Positions 1 to 6,918 of a stretch of DNA of 34,121 bases are shown here, one piece after another. The first letter of the stretch is position 1; the number at the start of each line of letters is the position of its first letter. This DNA is from Gemmatimonadales bacterium (GTDB taxonomy: Bacteria > Gemmatimonadota > Gemmatimonadetes > Gemmatimonadales > JACORV01): NCBI GenBank assembly GCA_050012655.1, contig JBEKGT010000002.1:1-34121 (forward strand), written 5' to 3'. Position numbers and translations under genes: made by a program. The notes under the pieces were generated by a model, which did not search any database, was not told where the DNA came from, and saw nothing but the letters and a program-made list of their open reading frames with translations.

Positions 1-748
1 GGTCCTCCACAACTACTTCCAGCGGGACGCAGAGCCGATGGAGGGGCGCGGCAAGGTGGCCCGGTATGCCCTCGGCGCCGACTACCATGACGTGATGCGC
101 ACGCGGTTGACCGCCCTCGGCGAGCGGATCGTCGCGGCGGCGGGCGGCGGGAGCTTCCGGGTCTACGTGGACGCCGGTCCCCTCCCCGAGCGGGAGCTGG
201 CGCGACGGGCCGGCCTCGGCTGGTTCGCCAAGAACACGATGCTGATCCACCCGCGCCTCGGCTCCTTCACCTTCGTCGGCGTCGTCCTCACCGACCTCGC
301 GCTGGCGAGCGACGATCCCTTCGAGGCCGAGCGCTGCGGCTCCTGCCACCGCTGCCTCGACGCCTGCCCGACCGCGGCGTTCCCGGGGCCGCGCGTCCTC
401 GACTCCACGCGGTGCATCTCGTACCTCACCATCGAGGCACGGGGCCCGATGCCCGCGGACCTGGCGCTCCGGGCGGGCGACTGGCTCTTCGGCTGCGACG
501 TCTGCCAGGAGGTGTGCCCCTGGAACGTGCGGTTCGCCCAGGAGACGGCGGAGCCCCGCTACCTGGCCAAGCCGCCCGGCGACTGGCCGACGCTCGAGGA
601 GCTGGTACGGATGAGCGAGCGGGAGCACGAGGAGGTGTTCGAGGGCACGGCGCTCGAGCGGGCGGGGCGCGCCGGGCTCGCGCGGAACGCGGCCGTGGTG
701 CTGGAGAATCAGCGCCGCAGGAGGCAGGTGCCCCCCGAGGCTTGGTAA
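1..748 (+). CDS. queG: epoxyqueuosine reductase QueG, C-terminal part (5' end lies upstream of the window)
   Basis: The frame of ORF 38..748 stays open back to nt 2 (VLHNYFQRDAEP precedes the first Met). The translation has QueG hallmarks: ARRAGLGWFAKNTMLI, two ferredoxin-type Cys motifs (CGSCHRCLDACPTAA; CISYLTIE...GCDVCQEVCPWN) and the C-terminal LARNAAVVLEN tail. Confidence 0.85.
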   Translation, partial: VLHNYFQRDAEPMEGRGKVARYALGADYHDVMRTRLTALGERIVAAAGGGSFRVYVDAGPLPERELARRAGLGWFAKNTMLIHPRLGSFTFVGVVLTDLALASDDPFEAERCGSCHRCLDACPTAAFPGPRVLDSTRCISYLTIEARGPMPADLALRAGDWLFGCDVCQEVCPWNVRFAQETAEPRYLAKPPGDWPTLEELVRMSEREHEEVFEGTALERAGRAGLARNAAVVLENQRRRRQVPPEAW

Positions 749-801
749 CCGGCTCACGCGCCGCAGGGTGGCGCCGTCTCCTCGGAGAGGGTCGACGCGC
801 T

Positions 802-1965
802 CTAGGCGTCCATCTCCCTCCGCCACGAAAGCACCATTGCGAGAACGGCTAGAGCGATCGCCCAACCCACGGAGACGAGCATCATCGCGCCACCGGGCTG
901 GGCCGGAGGCTCGGGCAGGAAGCGGCGCGAGAACGCCTCACGCGCCAGGGCACCCGCCGGGACGCCGTACGCCGCGCTCAGCGCCGAGTCGGCTGGAAGG
1001 GAGGAGGTCCAGAACTTCACGAAACGATCGGGCCCACGGTGCAGGATCACGTCCGCCACGAGCCGATCCGACGGCGGGCCGTACTCCCAACCGTAATAGT
1101 AGATGTCCCGCGCCCGTTCGATCGCAGCCCGGCTCCCAAGCCCGAAGAGCGCCGCACAATACGAGTCCACTCCTCGGAAGCACCCCAACTCCGTCCACGC
1201 CACGCCGCCGTACGTCGGCCGGAAGTGCAACGTGTCGGGCGCGAACCGCTGGGGGACGAACATGCCCACGCCGCCGTACCACCACGACCGCATTCCGCTC
1301 CAACGCGCCTCGAGCCCCGCCCAGCGCTGCACGTCAAGGCCGGGAAACCCGTAGCGGGCATAGAGAGCACACCTCCCGAGCACGCGCCCGCTCAACCCTT
1401 GAGGTACATCGAAACGGCCCCGCCCTCGCTCTCCCTTCTTCGGAAAGAGGATGTCGACGATGCAGGCGCGGGTGCCGCCGTCGCCAAACTGGAACCGGCC
1501 GCTCTGGGGCTCGCCACTCGTCGAGTAGCTCGACTCATTCGGGCTCCGCGTGTGCAGCGCGACGATTACCGGCGCGCCCCTGGTGGCCGCCCGCGGCACC
1601 GTCGCCAACTCCCTCTCGACGGCGCGCAGCCACGCCCGGGCGGCCGCATCCGGCACGTCGCCGTCCCGCACCATCACCACGGACTCGCCCGCCAACCGGA
1701 GAGCCCGTGCCGTACGCGAGGCGAGAACGTCGGCCGCTCCGTGTGTCCGTGCGGTGACGTCGGCCCGGAGCCGCTGCCGCATACGGTCGATCGACCAGCG
1801 GTGCCGGTCTCTCACGCTCTCCCGCCACGTCGCGCCCCCGAAGCCGAGGAGGGAACTCACCAGGCCGACCTTTTCGGGGACCGCCCGCGGCGGCAGTGCC
1901 AGCACCGCGAGCGCCACGGCCGCGAACAGGGGGTACAGGAGCCACCGCAGGCGGCGGAGCGTCAT
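802..1965 (-). CDS. hypothetical doubly membrane-anchored protein with a C-x2-G-x4-C motif
   Basis: ORF 802..2346 trimmed to the internal ATG at 1965 (MTLRRLRWLLYPLFAAVALAVLAL...). This ATG overlaps the upstream stop as ATGA (1962-1965). It has an N-terminal hydrophobic segment and a C-terminal TM (MMLVSVGWAIALAVLAMVLSW). Motif ELGCFRGVDSYCAAL. No family recognised by eye. Confidence 0.6.
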   Translation of the reverse strand: MTLRRLRWLLYPLFAAVALAVLALPPRAVPEKVGLVSSLLGFGGATWRESVRDRHRWSIDRMRQRLRADVTARTHGAADVLASRTARALRLAGESVVMVRDGDVPDAAARAWLRAVERELATVPRAATRGAPVIVALHTRSPNESSYSTSGEPQSGRFQFGDGGTRACIVDILFPKKGERGRGRFDVPQGLSGRVLGRCALYARYGFPGLDVQRWAGLEARWSGMRSWWYGGVGMFVPQRFAPDTLHFRPTYGGVAWTELGCFRGVDSYCAALFGLGSRAAIERARDIYYYGWEYGPPSDRLVADVILHRGPDRFVKFWTSSLPADSALSAAYGVPAGALAREAFSRRFLPEPPAQPGGAMMLVSVGWAIALAVLAMVLSWRREMDA

Positions 1966-3092
1966 CCCCGGCTCCGCCTGGCCACCGCGAGGAGGAGGCA
2001 CGCCAGCAGCGCCGCCGGAGCGGCGTCCGCAAGGAGGTTGCGGTCCTGCGGACGGCCTCCGCGCGTCAACACCCAATGGCGCCACTCGAGCAGGAGCGAG
2101 TCCTCCTCGATGCCGGCCGCCCGCGCGAGTCTCTCGCCTACGCCGCCCTCCGAGTCCGCCAACGCCCTTTCGACAGCCCGGGCGCCGTGAAGCGCACGCA
2201 CCGCACGGACCAGACTCCGCCGACCGTCGGCATCCGCCGGGAACGGGGAGATGATCAGACGGTGCCCCTCGAGAGCGAACTCGTAGCAGGCCGTGGCGGC
2301 CCCGCTCAGGCACTCCCGTCCGGTCGCCGACCCCTGCGCAAGCCACCGGTCATTCGTGTTCACGTACTCCTGCATCTCAGTCGCCCCGTAGCGAGACCGG
2401 TACGGAGAGGAGTCGCGGTCCACGCCCAGGTAGAGACGGCAGCCTCGCACCTCCCCGGCGAGACACCGCGAACCCACCGCCCAGGGGCTCCGCGCGAGGC
2501 TCCCGAACGCGGCCCACGCCGAGCCCCGGCTCCAGGGCCCAAAGCCCAAGTCCCCCGGCAGCCACTCGCGCCAGGTCGAGTCCCGCGTGTCCTTGTACGC
2601 CGCTGCCACGGCACTGGCGACCAGGAGACCGGGAATGTTCAGAACCATCCCGCCGCCCTTGGCCGCGCTCAGCTGGACACCCCCCAACGGCACCCGCCTC
2701 CGGCCGCGTGCGACAGCGGCGGCGAGCGCCAGACTCGTGTCCGTGGCCGATTGCGCAACGACGACCACAGACCGCACGAATCGCTCGGGGACACCGCCGA
2801 AGTCCCGGAGGATCGCGGCCGCCGTGTCCAGACTCCCGAGCGCCGTTCCGGCGGGCACCTGGCCGGGCACGACCACCGCGAGCCCCCCCGCTTCGATGAG
2901 CCGGCCACGCGACTGATCGCGGTACGCCTGACGCTTGCGCCCCACGCGTGCCTCGTCCTCCCGCCAGAGCGAGTCGACCCGCGCAATCAGCGCACGCTCC
3001 TGCGGCGTCGCTCCCGGCGGCGCCTGCGCGGGAAGGCCTGCGGCCCAGCACAGCGCCGCCAAGGCGACCGCTCCGATGCGAATCTCAGACAT
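1962..3092 (-). CDS. hypothetical secreted/membrane-anchored protein with two C-x2-G-x4-C motifs
   Basis: The ATG at 3092 overlaps the stop of the upstream membrane-protein gene by 8 nt (ATGTCTGA). Signal-peptide-like N-terminus MSEIRIGAVALAALCWAAGLPAQA and C-terminal TM AAPAALLACLLLAVA. Motifs SRCLAGEVRGCRL and RECLSGAATACYE. No family recognised. Confidence 0.6.
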   Translation of the reverse strand: MSEIRIGAVALAALCWAAGLPAQAPPGATPQERALIARVDSLWREDEARVGRKRQAYRDQSRGRLIEAGGLAVVVPGQVPAGTALGSLDTAAAILRDFGGVPERFVRSVVVVAQSATDTSLALAAAVARGRRRVPLGGVQLSAAKGGGMVLNIPGLLVASAVAAAYKDTRDSTWREWLPGDLGFGPWSRGSAWAAFGSLARSPWAVGSRCLAGEVRGCRLYLGVDRDSSPYRSRYGATEMQEYVNTNDRWLAQGSATGRECLSGAATACYEFALEGHRLIISPFPADADGRRSLVRAVRALHGARAVERALADSEGGVGERLARAAGIEEDSLLLEWRHWVLTRGGRPQDRNLLADAAPAALLACLLLAVARRSRG

Positions 3093-3744
3093 CGAACAGC
3101 GCCCACCGGCCGGTGAGAATGGCGAGCGGCCCCGGCCAGTTCGTCAGCAGCGCGAACACCTCCGCCGTGATCGAGAAGTCGGCGGTGAGGGTGAGGAGCA
3201 GGATGTCCACCAGGACCGCCCCGCCGATGATGCTGATGATCGCGATCTGGCCGCGGCGGGACGCGCTCGAGATGGCGAAGATGATCGCGTACACCGTGAG
3301 CGTCGCGAGCCAGAAACGCGCCGCGACCGCCACCGGGTGGGCGTGCACGCCCGGAGGCAGCGCCACCGCGACACTCGCCAACGCCGCGCCGAGGGCGAAC
3401 GCGCCGGCCGGCACCAGTGACAGCACGACGCCAGCGGCGAAGCGCAAGGTGACGAAGTACGCACGCGAGACCGGCAGGCTCAGCGCGTACACGTGCCGCC
3501 CGGCGAGGTCCGGCGCCCACGCCAGCACGCCCACCAGCACGCCGACCAGCAGCGCGAAGTACGGGAGCACCTGCGCGATCCGGTCGGCCGCCACCAGCCA
3601 CTCGCCGACCCGTGACTCCGCCGCGCCGTTCAGGTTCGCGCCGTAGAAGACCGAGGCCAGTGGGATGCCGAAGCCGACCACCGCCAGCACCACCAGCGCG
3701 AGCCGCGCCCACAGCCACTGCGCGATCAGCACCTGCTTGAACAC
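3085..3744 (-). CDS. multi-pass membrane protein, probable permease partner of the adjacent ABC ATPase
   Basis: ORF 3085..3903 trimmed to the GTG at 3744 (VFKQVLIAQWLWARLALVVLAVVGF...). GGGGAGG lies 6 nt upstream, and the ATPase stop is 17 nt upstream. About 6 hydrophobic helices. Its position downstream of GntR and an ABC ATPase is typical of YtrA-type operons. Confidence 0.6.
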   Translation of the reverse strand: MFKQVLIAQWLWARLALVVLAVVGFGIPLASVFYGANLNGAAESRVGEWLVAADRIAQVLPYFALLVGVLVGVLAWAPDLAGRHVYALSLPVSRAYFVTLRFAAGVVLSLVPAGAFALGAALASVAVALPPGVHAHPVAVAARFWLATLTVYAIIFAISSASRRGQIAIISIIGGAVLVDILLLTLTADFSITAEVFALLTNWPGPLAILTGRWALFDV

Positions 3745-3761
3745 GGTCGCCTCCCCTGTCC

Positions 3762-4661
3762 TCAAGACCGCTCGGGCGTGCGCGCCCCCCGGAGCAGTTC
3801 GACGAACCCGTCCTCGAGGTCGAGGTCCACGATCTCCTTGACCTCGGCGCCCACGCCCTGGAACCACTGCACCATCGGCGGCTGCCAGCCGCGGACGACC
3901 CACACCTGGTCCAGCGCCGACCGCTCCTGCGACACCAGGATGAACGGCGTATCGCCGACGATGCTCGGCGCGCGGTCCAGGCGGATGCGCTTGATGCCGT
4001 TCTTGAAGGCGTGCATCGGGAGCTCCGCCGCGAGCCGCCCGCGGTCGAGCACGCCGACCCAGTCGCAGATCCGCTCGAGTTCGTGGACGAGGTGGCTGGA
4101 GATGAAGACGGTCGCTGCGCGCTGCGAGCAGAAGTCGAGCAGGGCCGAGAGCACATCGCGGCGCACCACCGGGTCGAGGCCGTCGGTCGGCTCATCGAGC
4201 ACCAGCAGCTCCGGCCGCTGCGCCAGCACCAGCAGGATCATCAGCTTGCCCATCTCCCCCTTGGACACGCGCGACAGCTTCGCCTCCGGGCGCAGGTCGA
4301 ACCCGCGTCGCAGCACTTCGGCGTACGTCCAGTCGAAGCCCGGATAGAAGGCGCCGTGGTAGCGGATGGACTCCGCGACCGAGAGGTAGGGGTACAGGTG
4401 GGGCCGTTCGGGGACGTACCCCGTCGCGCCGAGGATGCGCGGGAGGTCGCGCGGGACTTCGCGCCCGAGGATGGTCATGGACCCGCTCTGCGCGCGCCGC
4501 AGCCCGAGCAGGAGCTGGATCGTCGTCGTCTTCCCCGCCCCATTCGGTCCCAGGAAGCCGTAGATCGCCCCTTGGCGGACCTTCAGGCTGAGGTCGTGGA
4601 TCTCGAAGCCCGGTCCGGGCCGGTAGCACAGGTCCCGCGTCTCGATGGCGTAGGTCGTCAC
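3762..4661 (-). CDS. ABC transporter ATP-binding protein
   Basis: Walker A GPNGAGKTTT, degenerate signature VSKGEMGKL and Walker B LLVLDEPTDGLD. The GTG start overlaps the GntR stop (GTGA at 4658-4661). Confidence 0.9.
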   Translation of the reverse strand: MTTYAIETRDLCYRPGPGFEIHDLSLKVRQGAIYGFLGPNGAGKTTTIQLLLGLRRAQSGSMTILGREVPRDLPRILGATGYVPERPHLYPYLSVAESIRYHGAFYPGFDWTYAEVLRRGFDLRPEAKLSRVSKGEMGKLMILLVLAQRPELLVLDEPTDGLDPVVRRDVLSALLDFCSQRAATVFISSHLVHELERICDWVGVLDRGRLAAELPMHAFKNGIKRIRLDRAPSIVGDTPFILVSQERSALDQVWVVRGWQPPMVQWFQGVGAEVKEIVDLDLEDGFVELLRGARTPERS

Positions 4662-5035
4662 GACCGCCCCCCTGGCTCACTCTTCCACGCGTGCTCAAGG
4701 TCCTCACGCGTCAGTCCCAGGCTCGATGCCTGGGCCACGAGCGCACGCACCAGGCGCCGCGCTTCGCGCTGGCGCTCCGTGCCGCGCTTCGAGTCCGAGA
4801 CCTCACGCACGAAGGTGCCCGCGCCCTGCCGGCTCTCCACGATCCCGTCGCGCTCCAGCTCCCGGTACGCCTGCACGACCGTCGCCGGGTTGACCCGGAT
4901 CTCCGCCGCCAGCTGGCGCACCGACGGCAGGGGCACGGTCGGCGGGATCTCCCCCGTCGCCACCGCCACCCGCAGTCGGTTGGCAATCTGCACGTACAGT
5001 GGTATCGGACTGCGTGGATCTATGTGCCGGAACAT
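4658..5035 (-). CDS. GntR family transcriptional regulator, short YtrA-like subfamily
   Basis: 125 aa. N-terminal winged HTH PLYVQIANRLRVAVATGEIPPTVPLPSVRQLAAEIRVNPATVVQAYRELERDGIVESRQGAGTFV followed by only a short helical tail, the YtrA-type architecture. It is the first gene of the operon with the ABC ATPase. Confidence 0.9.
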   Translation of the reverse strand: MFRHIDPRSPIPLYVQIANRLRVAVATGEIPPTVPLPSVRQLAAEIRVNPATVVQAYRELERDGIVESRQGAGTFVREVSDSKRGTERQREARRLVRALVAQASSLGLTREDLEHAWKSEPGGRS

Positions 5036-5057
5036 CTGCCCGCCAGGGTTGGCCCGA

Positions 5058-5087
5058 GTGTATTACTGTACCGATACAGTAGTACAC
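5058..5087 (-). promoter_or_regulatory. candidate YtrA/GntR operator: imperfect 30-bp palindrome (core TACTGTA-N4-TACAGTA)
   Basis: The plus strand reads GTGTATTACTGTACCGATACAGTAGTACAC, and its reverse complement differs at 4 positions. It lies 23-52 nt upstream of the GntR ATG (5035) and covers the predicted -10 box. Confidence 0.5.
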
Positions 5088-5105
5088 ATCCCGGCGACCT
5101 GTCAA
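5076..5105 (-). promoter_or_regulatory. candidate sigma70-type promoter of the GntR/ABC operon (TTGACA-N18-TACTGT)
   Basis: The minus strand has TTGACA (5105-5100), an 18-nt spacer, then TACTGT (5081-5076). The same architecture is seen upstream of sufR in this window. Confidence 0.4.
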
Positions 5106-5120
5106 GAGCGGGAATGCGAT

Positions 5121-5146
5121 GGGGCCCTGTCAGTCCCCAGGGCCCC
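5121..5146 (-). terminator. terminator-like hairpin downstream of the Nif3-family gene
   Basis: GGGGCCCTG (5121-5129), an 8-nt loop, then CAGGGCCCC (5138-5146): a perfect 9-bp GC stem. There is no clear U-tract. Confidence 0.5.
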
Positions 5147-5227
5147 ATCACCCACCTCCTGTCACGTCTTCCCTGTCACCTAGCACCTATCACTTCTCAC
5201 CCATCACCGATCACCTATCACCGATCA
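5147..5227. repeat. degenerate heptanucleotide tandem array (about 11.5 units, consensus ATCACCN on plus, NGGTGAT on minus)
   Basis: Units read directly from the plus strand: ATCACCC ACCTCCT GTCACGT CTTCCCT GTCACCT AGCACCT ATCACTT CTCACCC ATCACCG ATCACCT ATCACCG ATCA. The last unit contains the Nif3 stop codon (5225-5227). Confidence 0.8.
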
Positions 5228-5977
5228 GAGACCGGTCGGATGATCGAGGAACGACCACGGGAGCTGGAAGCGCTCGGAGAGATGCGTCGCCAGCGCCTGG
5301 ACGCCGAGCGTCTCCGTGGCATAGTGGCCCGCCAGCACCACGTTCACACCGTACTCTTCGGCGTCGAAGTACGTCCAGTGGTGGCCCTCGCCGGTGATGA
5401 AGGTGTCGAGGCCGGCGTCGCGCGCCTGGCGGACGAAGCCCCCCGCGGCGCCCGTGATGATCCCGACCCGCCGGCACCGCTCCGGCCCGCCCGGAATCAC
5501 GTTCGCGCTCGTGCCGAGGGCGCCCTCGATCCGCTCGCGCAGCGCGTCCCGTCCGATGTCCAGGTCCCCCCATGCGCCGAGGGGAGCGCCGAGGTGGTCC
5601 CCGAACCACCCGCGCACGTCCATCCCGAGCTTGCGCGCCAGCAGCGCATTGTTGCCCACGTCGGGGTGGCGGTCGAGGGGGATGTGCGCCGAATAAAGGG
5701 CGATGCCGTGCCGCAGCAGGGCGGACACGCGCCGGTAGGTACGGCCGGTGAGCGGCTCGAGACCCGACCAGAAGAGCCCGTGGTGGACCAGCAGCAGGTC
5801 GGCGCCCCGCTCCGCCGCGGCCGCGATCGTCGCCTGACAGGCGTCCACCGCCGCGGCGATGTGGCGCACCTCGCCCGCATTCTCCACCTGCAGGCCGTTG
5901 AGCGCGTTCCGGTCGTCCGCCACCTCCCGCACGCGGAGGTAGTCGTCAACGTAGCGCACCAGGTCGTCGAGGCGCAC
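5225..5977 (-). CDS. Nif3-like dinuclear metal center protein (YbgI / GTP cyclohydrolase 1 type 2 family)
   Basis: ORF 5225..6178 trimmed to the GTG at 5977 (VRLDDLVRYVDDYLRV...). Typical Nif3 stretches are present: NGLQVENAGEVRHIAAAVDA, ADLLLVHHGLFW, YSAHIPLDRHPDVGNNALLA and ITGEGHHWTYFDAEE. The GTG sits 2 nt after the TAG of the upstream remnant ORF. Confidence 0.85.
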   Translation of the reverse strand: MRLDDLVRYVDDYLRVREVADDRNALNGLQVENAGEVRHIAAAVDACQATIAAAAERGADLLLVHHGLFWSGLEPLTGRTYRRVSALLRHGIALYSAHIPLDRHPDVGNNALLARKLGMDVRGWFGDHLGAPLGAWGDLDIGRDALRERIEGALGTSANVIPGGPERCRRVGIITGAAGGFVRQARDAGLDTFITGEGHHWTYFDAEEYGVNVVLAGHYATETLGVQALATHLSERFQLPWSFLDHPTGL

Positions 5978-5979
5978 CG

Positions 5980-6225
5980 CTACCGCCGCGCCACGAGGAC
6001 GCTGTCGGGCACGAATTCCACGCTCGGCACCCGCAGCGTGCCGGCGACGATCGAGTCCCGCGCCGCCGCGATCCGCGCGCGCAGCGCCGCGCTCGCCCGC
6101 CACGCGAGCGCCGGATTGATCACCAGATCCACCACCCCGTCCTTGATGCCCAGGAACATCACCCCCACGCGGAAGCACCCCTCCTTCACCTGCTGCACCA
6201 TCGTCAGCAGCGCAACCTTGAAGTC
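5980..6225 (-). pseudogene. C-terminal remnant of a BMP-family (PnrA/Med-like) ABC substrate-binding lipoprotein gene
   Basis: DFKVALLTMVQQVKEGCFRVGVMFLGIKDGVVDLVINPALAWRASAALRARIAAARDSIVAGTLRVPS matches, by eye, the last 80 or so residues of BMP lipoproteins (v.dGtf.gG...GlkdgGVdl...i..G.i.VP). The roughly 250 upstream residues are absent. The open frame continues to a TTG at 6360, but through AT-rich DNA with atypical codons. Confidence 0.5.
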
Positions 6226-6415
6226 CGATCTCGGCCGCCTGGCGCAGGAAACAAGTGCCAGTGACCCGACACCGATTAGACAGGGACGTGACGTTATGTT
6301 GATATGTTCACTCTTGATTGACGTTATGCAAGCGCTTATGCTACAGTAGGTTAACGGCAATTACCCACGCCGATGTTCGCTGCTCGTGCATCCGCTCTTG
6401 AAGACATGTTGGATG

Positions 6416-6916
6416 CTACTGCGCTGAGGCCGCCCTCGGTGGGACCGCCACGCGCGCCAGTGAGGTGCTCGGCCGAGGCAGCGTCGGCTGGGCGAGGGGC
6501 CTTTGGGGCATCGCCCGCGCCGTTTCCTCGACATCGCCCATCTTGACCATGCCGTTGATCACAGCGCCTTCGGCCACCGCGATCCGTTTGGTGGTCACGT
6601 CCCCCTGCACCGTCGCGCCCGACTGGACCTCGACGCGCTGCCGCGCGCGGACCCCGCCATGCACCGCACCGCCGATCACGGCCTCGCCGGTGTCCACGTC
6701 GCCGTCGATCTGGCCGCCCTTCGCGACCAAGACCTGCTGGCCGGCTGTCACGTGCCCGTTGACGATCCCCTCGACCTTCACGACCCCGGCCGTCTCCACG
6801 TCGCCGTGGACCGTCATGCCGGCGCCGATGATCGAGAGCCCGACCGCTCCGGGCTGCCCCGCCCTGCCCGGCGTCGCGGCCGGGGCCTTCTTCTCGCTGC
6901 CGCTGAAGATCGCCAT
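6416..6916 (-). CDS. bactofilin (polymer-forming cytoskeletal protein, DUF583)
   Basis: 166 aa with the repetitive beta-helical core (GMTVHGDVETAGVVKVEGIVNGHVTAGQQVLVAKGGQIDGDVDTGEAVIGGAVHGGVRARQRVEVQSGATVQGDVTTKRIAVAEGAVINGMV) and a Pro-rich tail. The ATG lies 2 nt after the M23 stop. Confidence 0.9.
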   Translation of the reverse strand: MAIFSGSEKKAPAATPGRAGQPGAVGLSIIGAGMTVHGDVETAGVVKVEGIVNGHVTAGQQVLVAKGGQIDGDVDTGEAVIGGAVHGGVRARQRVEVQSGATVQGDVTTKRIAVAEGAVINGMVKMGDVEETARAMPQRPLAQPTLPRPSTSLARVAVPPRAASAQ

Positions 6917-6918
6917 GC

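Noticed and set aside
5020-5148. 42-codon ORF (MGPWGLTGPH...) preceded by a perfect AGGAGG SD with 6-nt spacing
   Set aside because: It runs through the terminator-like hairpin and the promoter and operator, and into the GntR start out of frame. The SD is one unit of the heptamer array. It is kept only as a remark under the repeat finding.
5147-5227. Repeat array considered as a CRISPR or iteron cluster
   Set aside because: The period is only 7 nt with no spacers, and there are no cas or rep genes nearby. It is a degenerate minisatellite, not a CRISPR array.
4691-6349. 552-aa plus-strand ORF spanning the GntR, intergenic and Nif3 regions
   Set aside because: It is antisense to three well-supported features and crosses an intergenic region with a terminator hairpin and promoter. 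It has no motifs.
6226-6415. AT-rich island considered as a mobile element or IS remnant
   Set aside because: It has no transposase or integrase fragment, and no terminal inverted repeats or target-site duplication that I could see. It is too short, so it is reported as an unexplained island instead.
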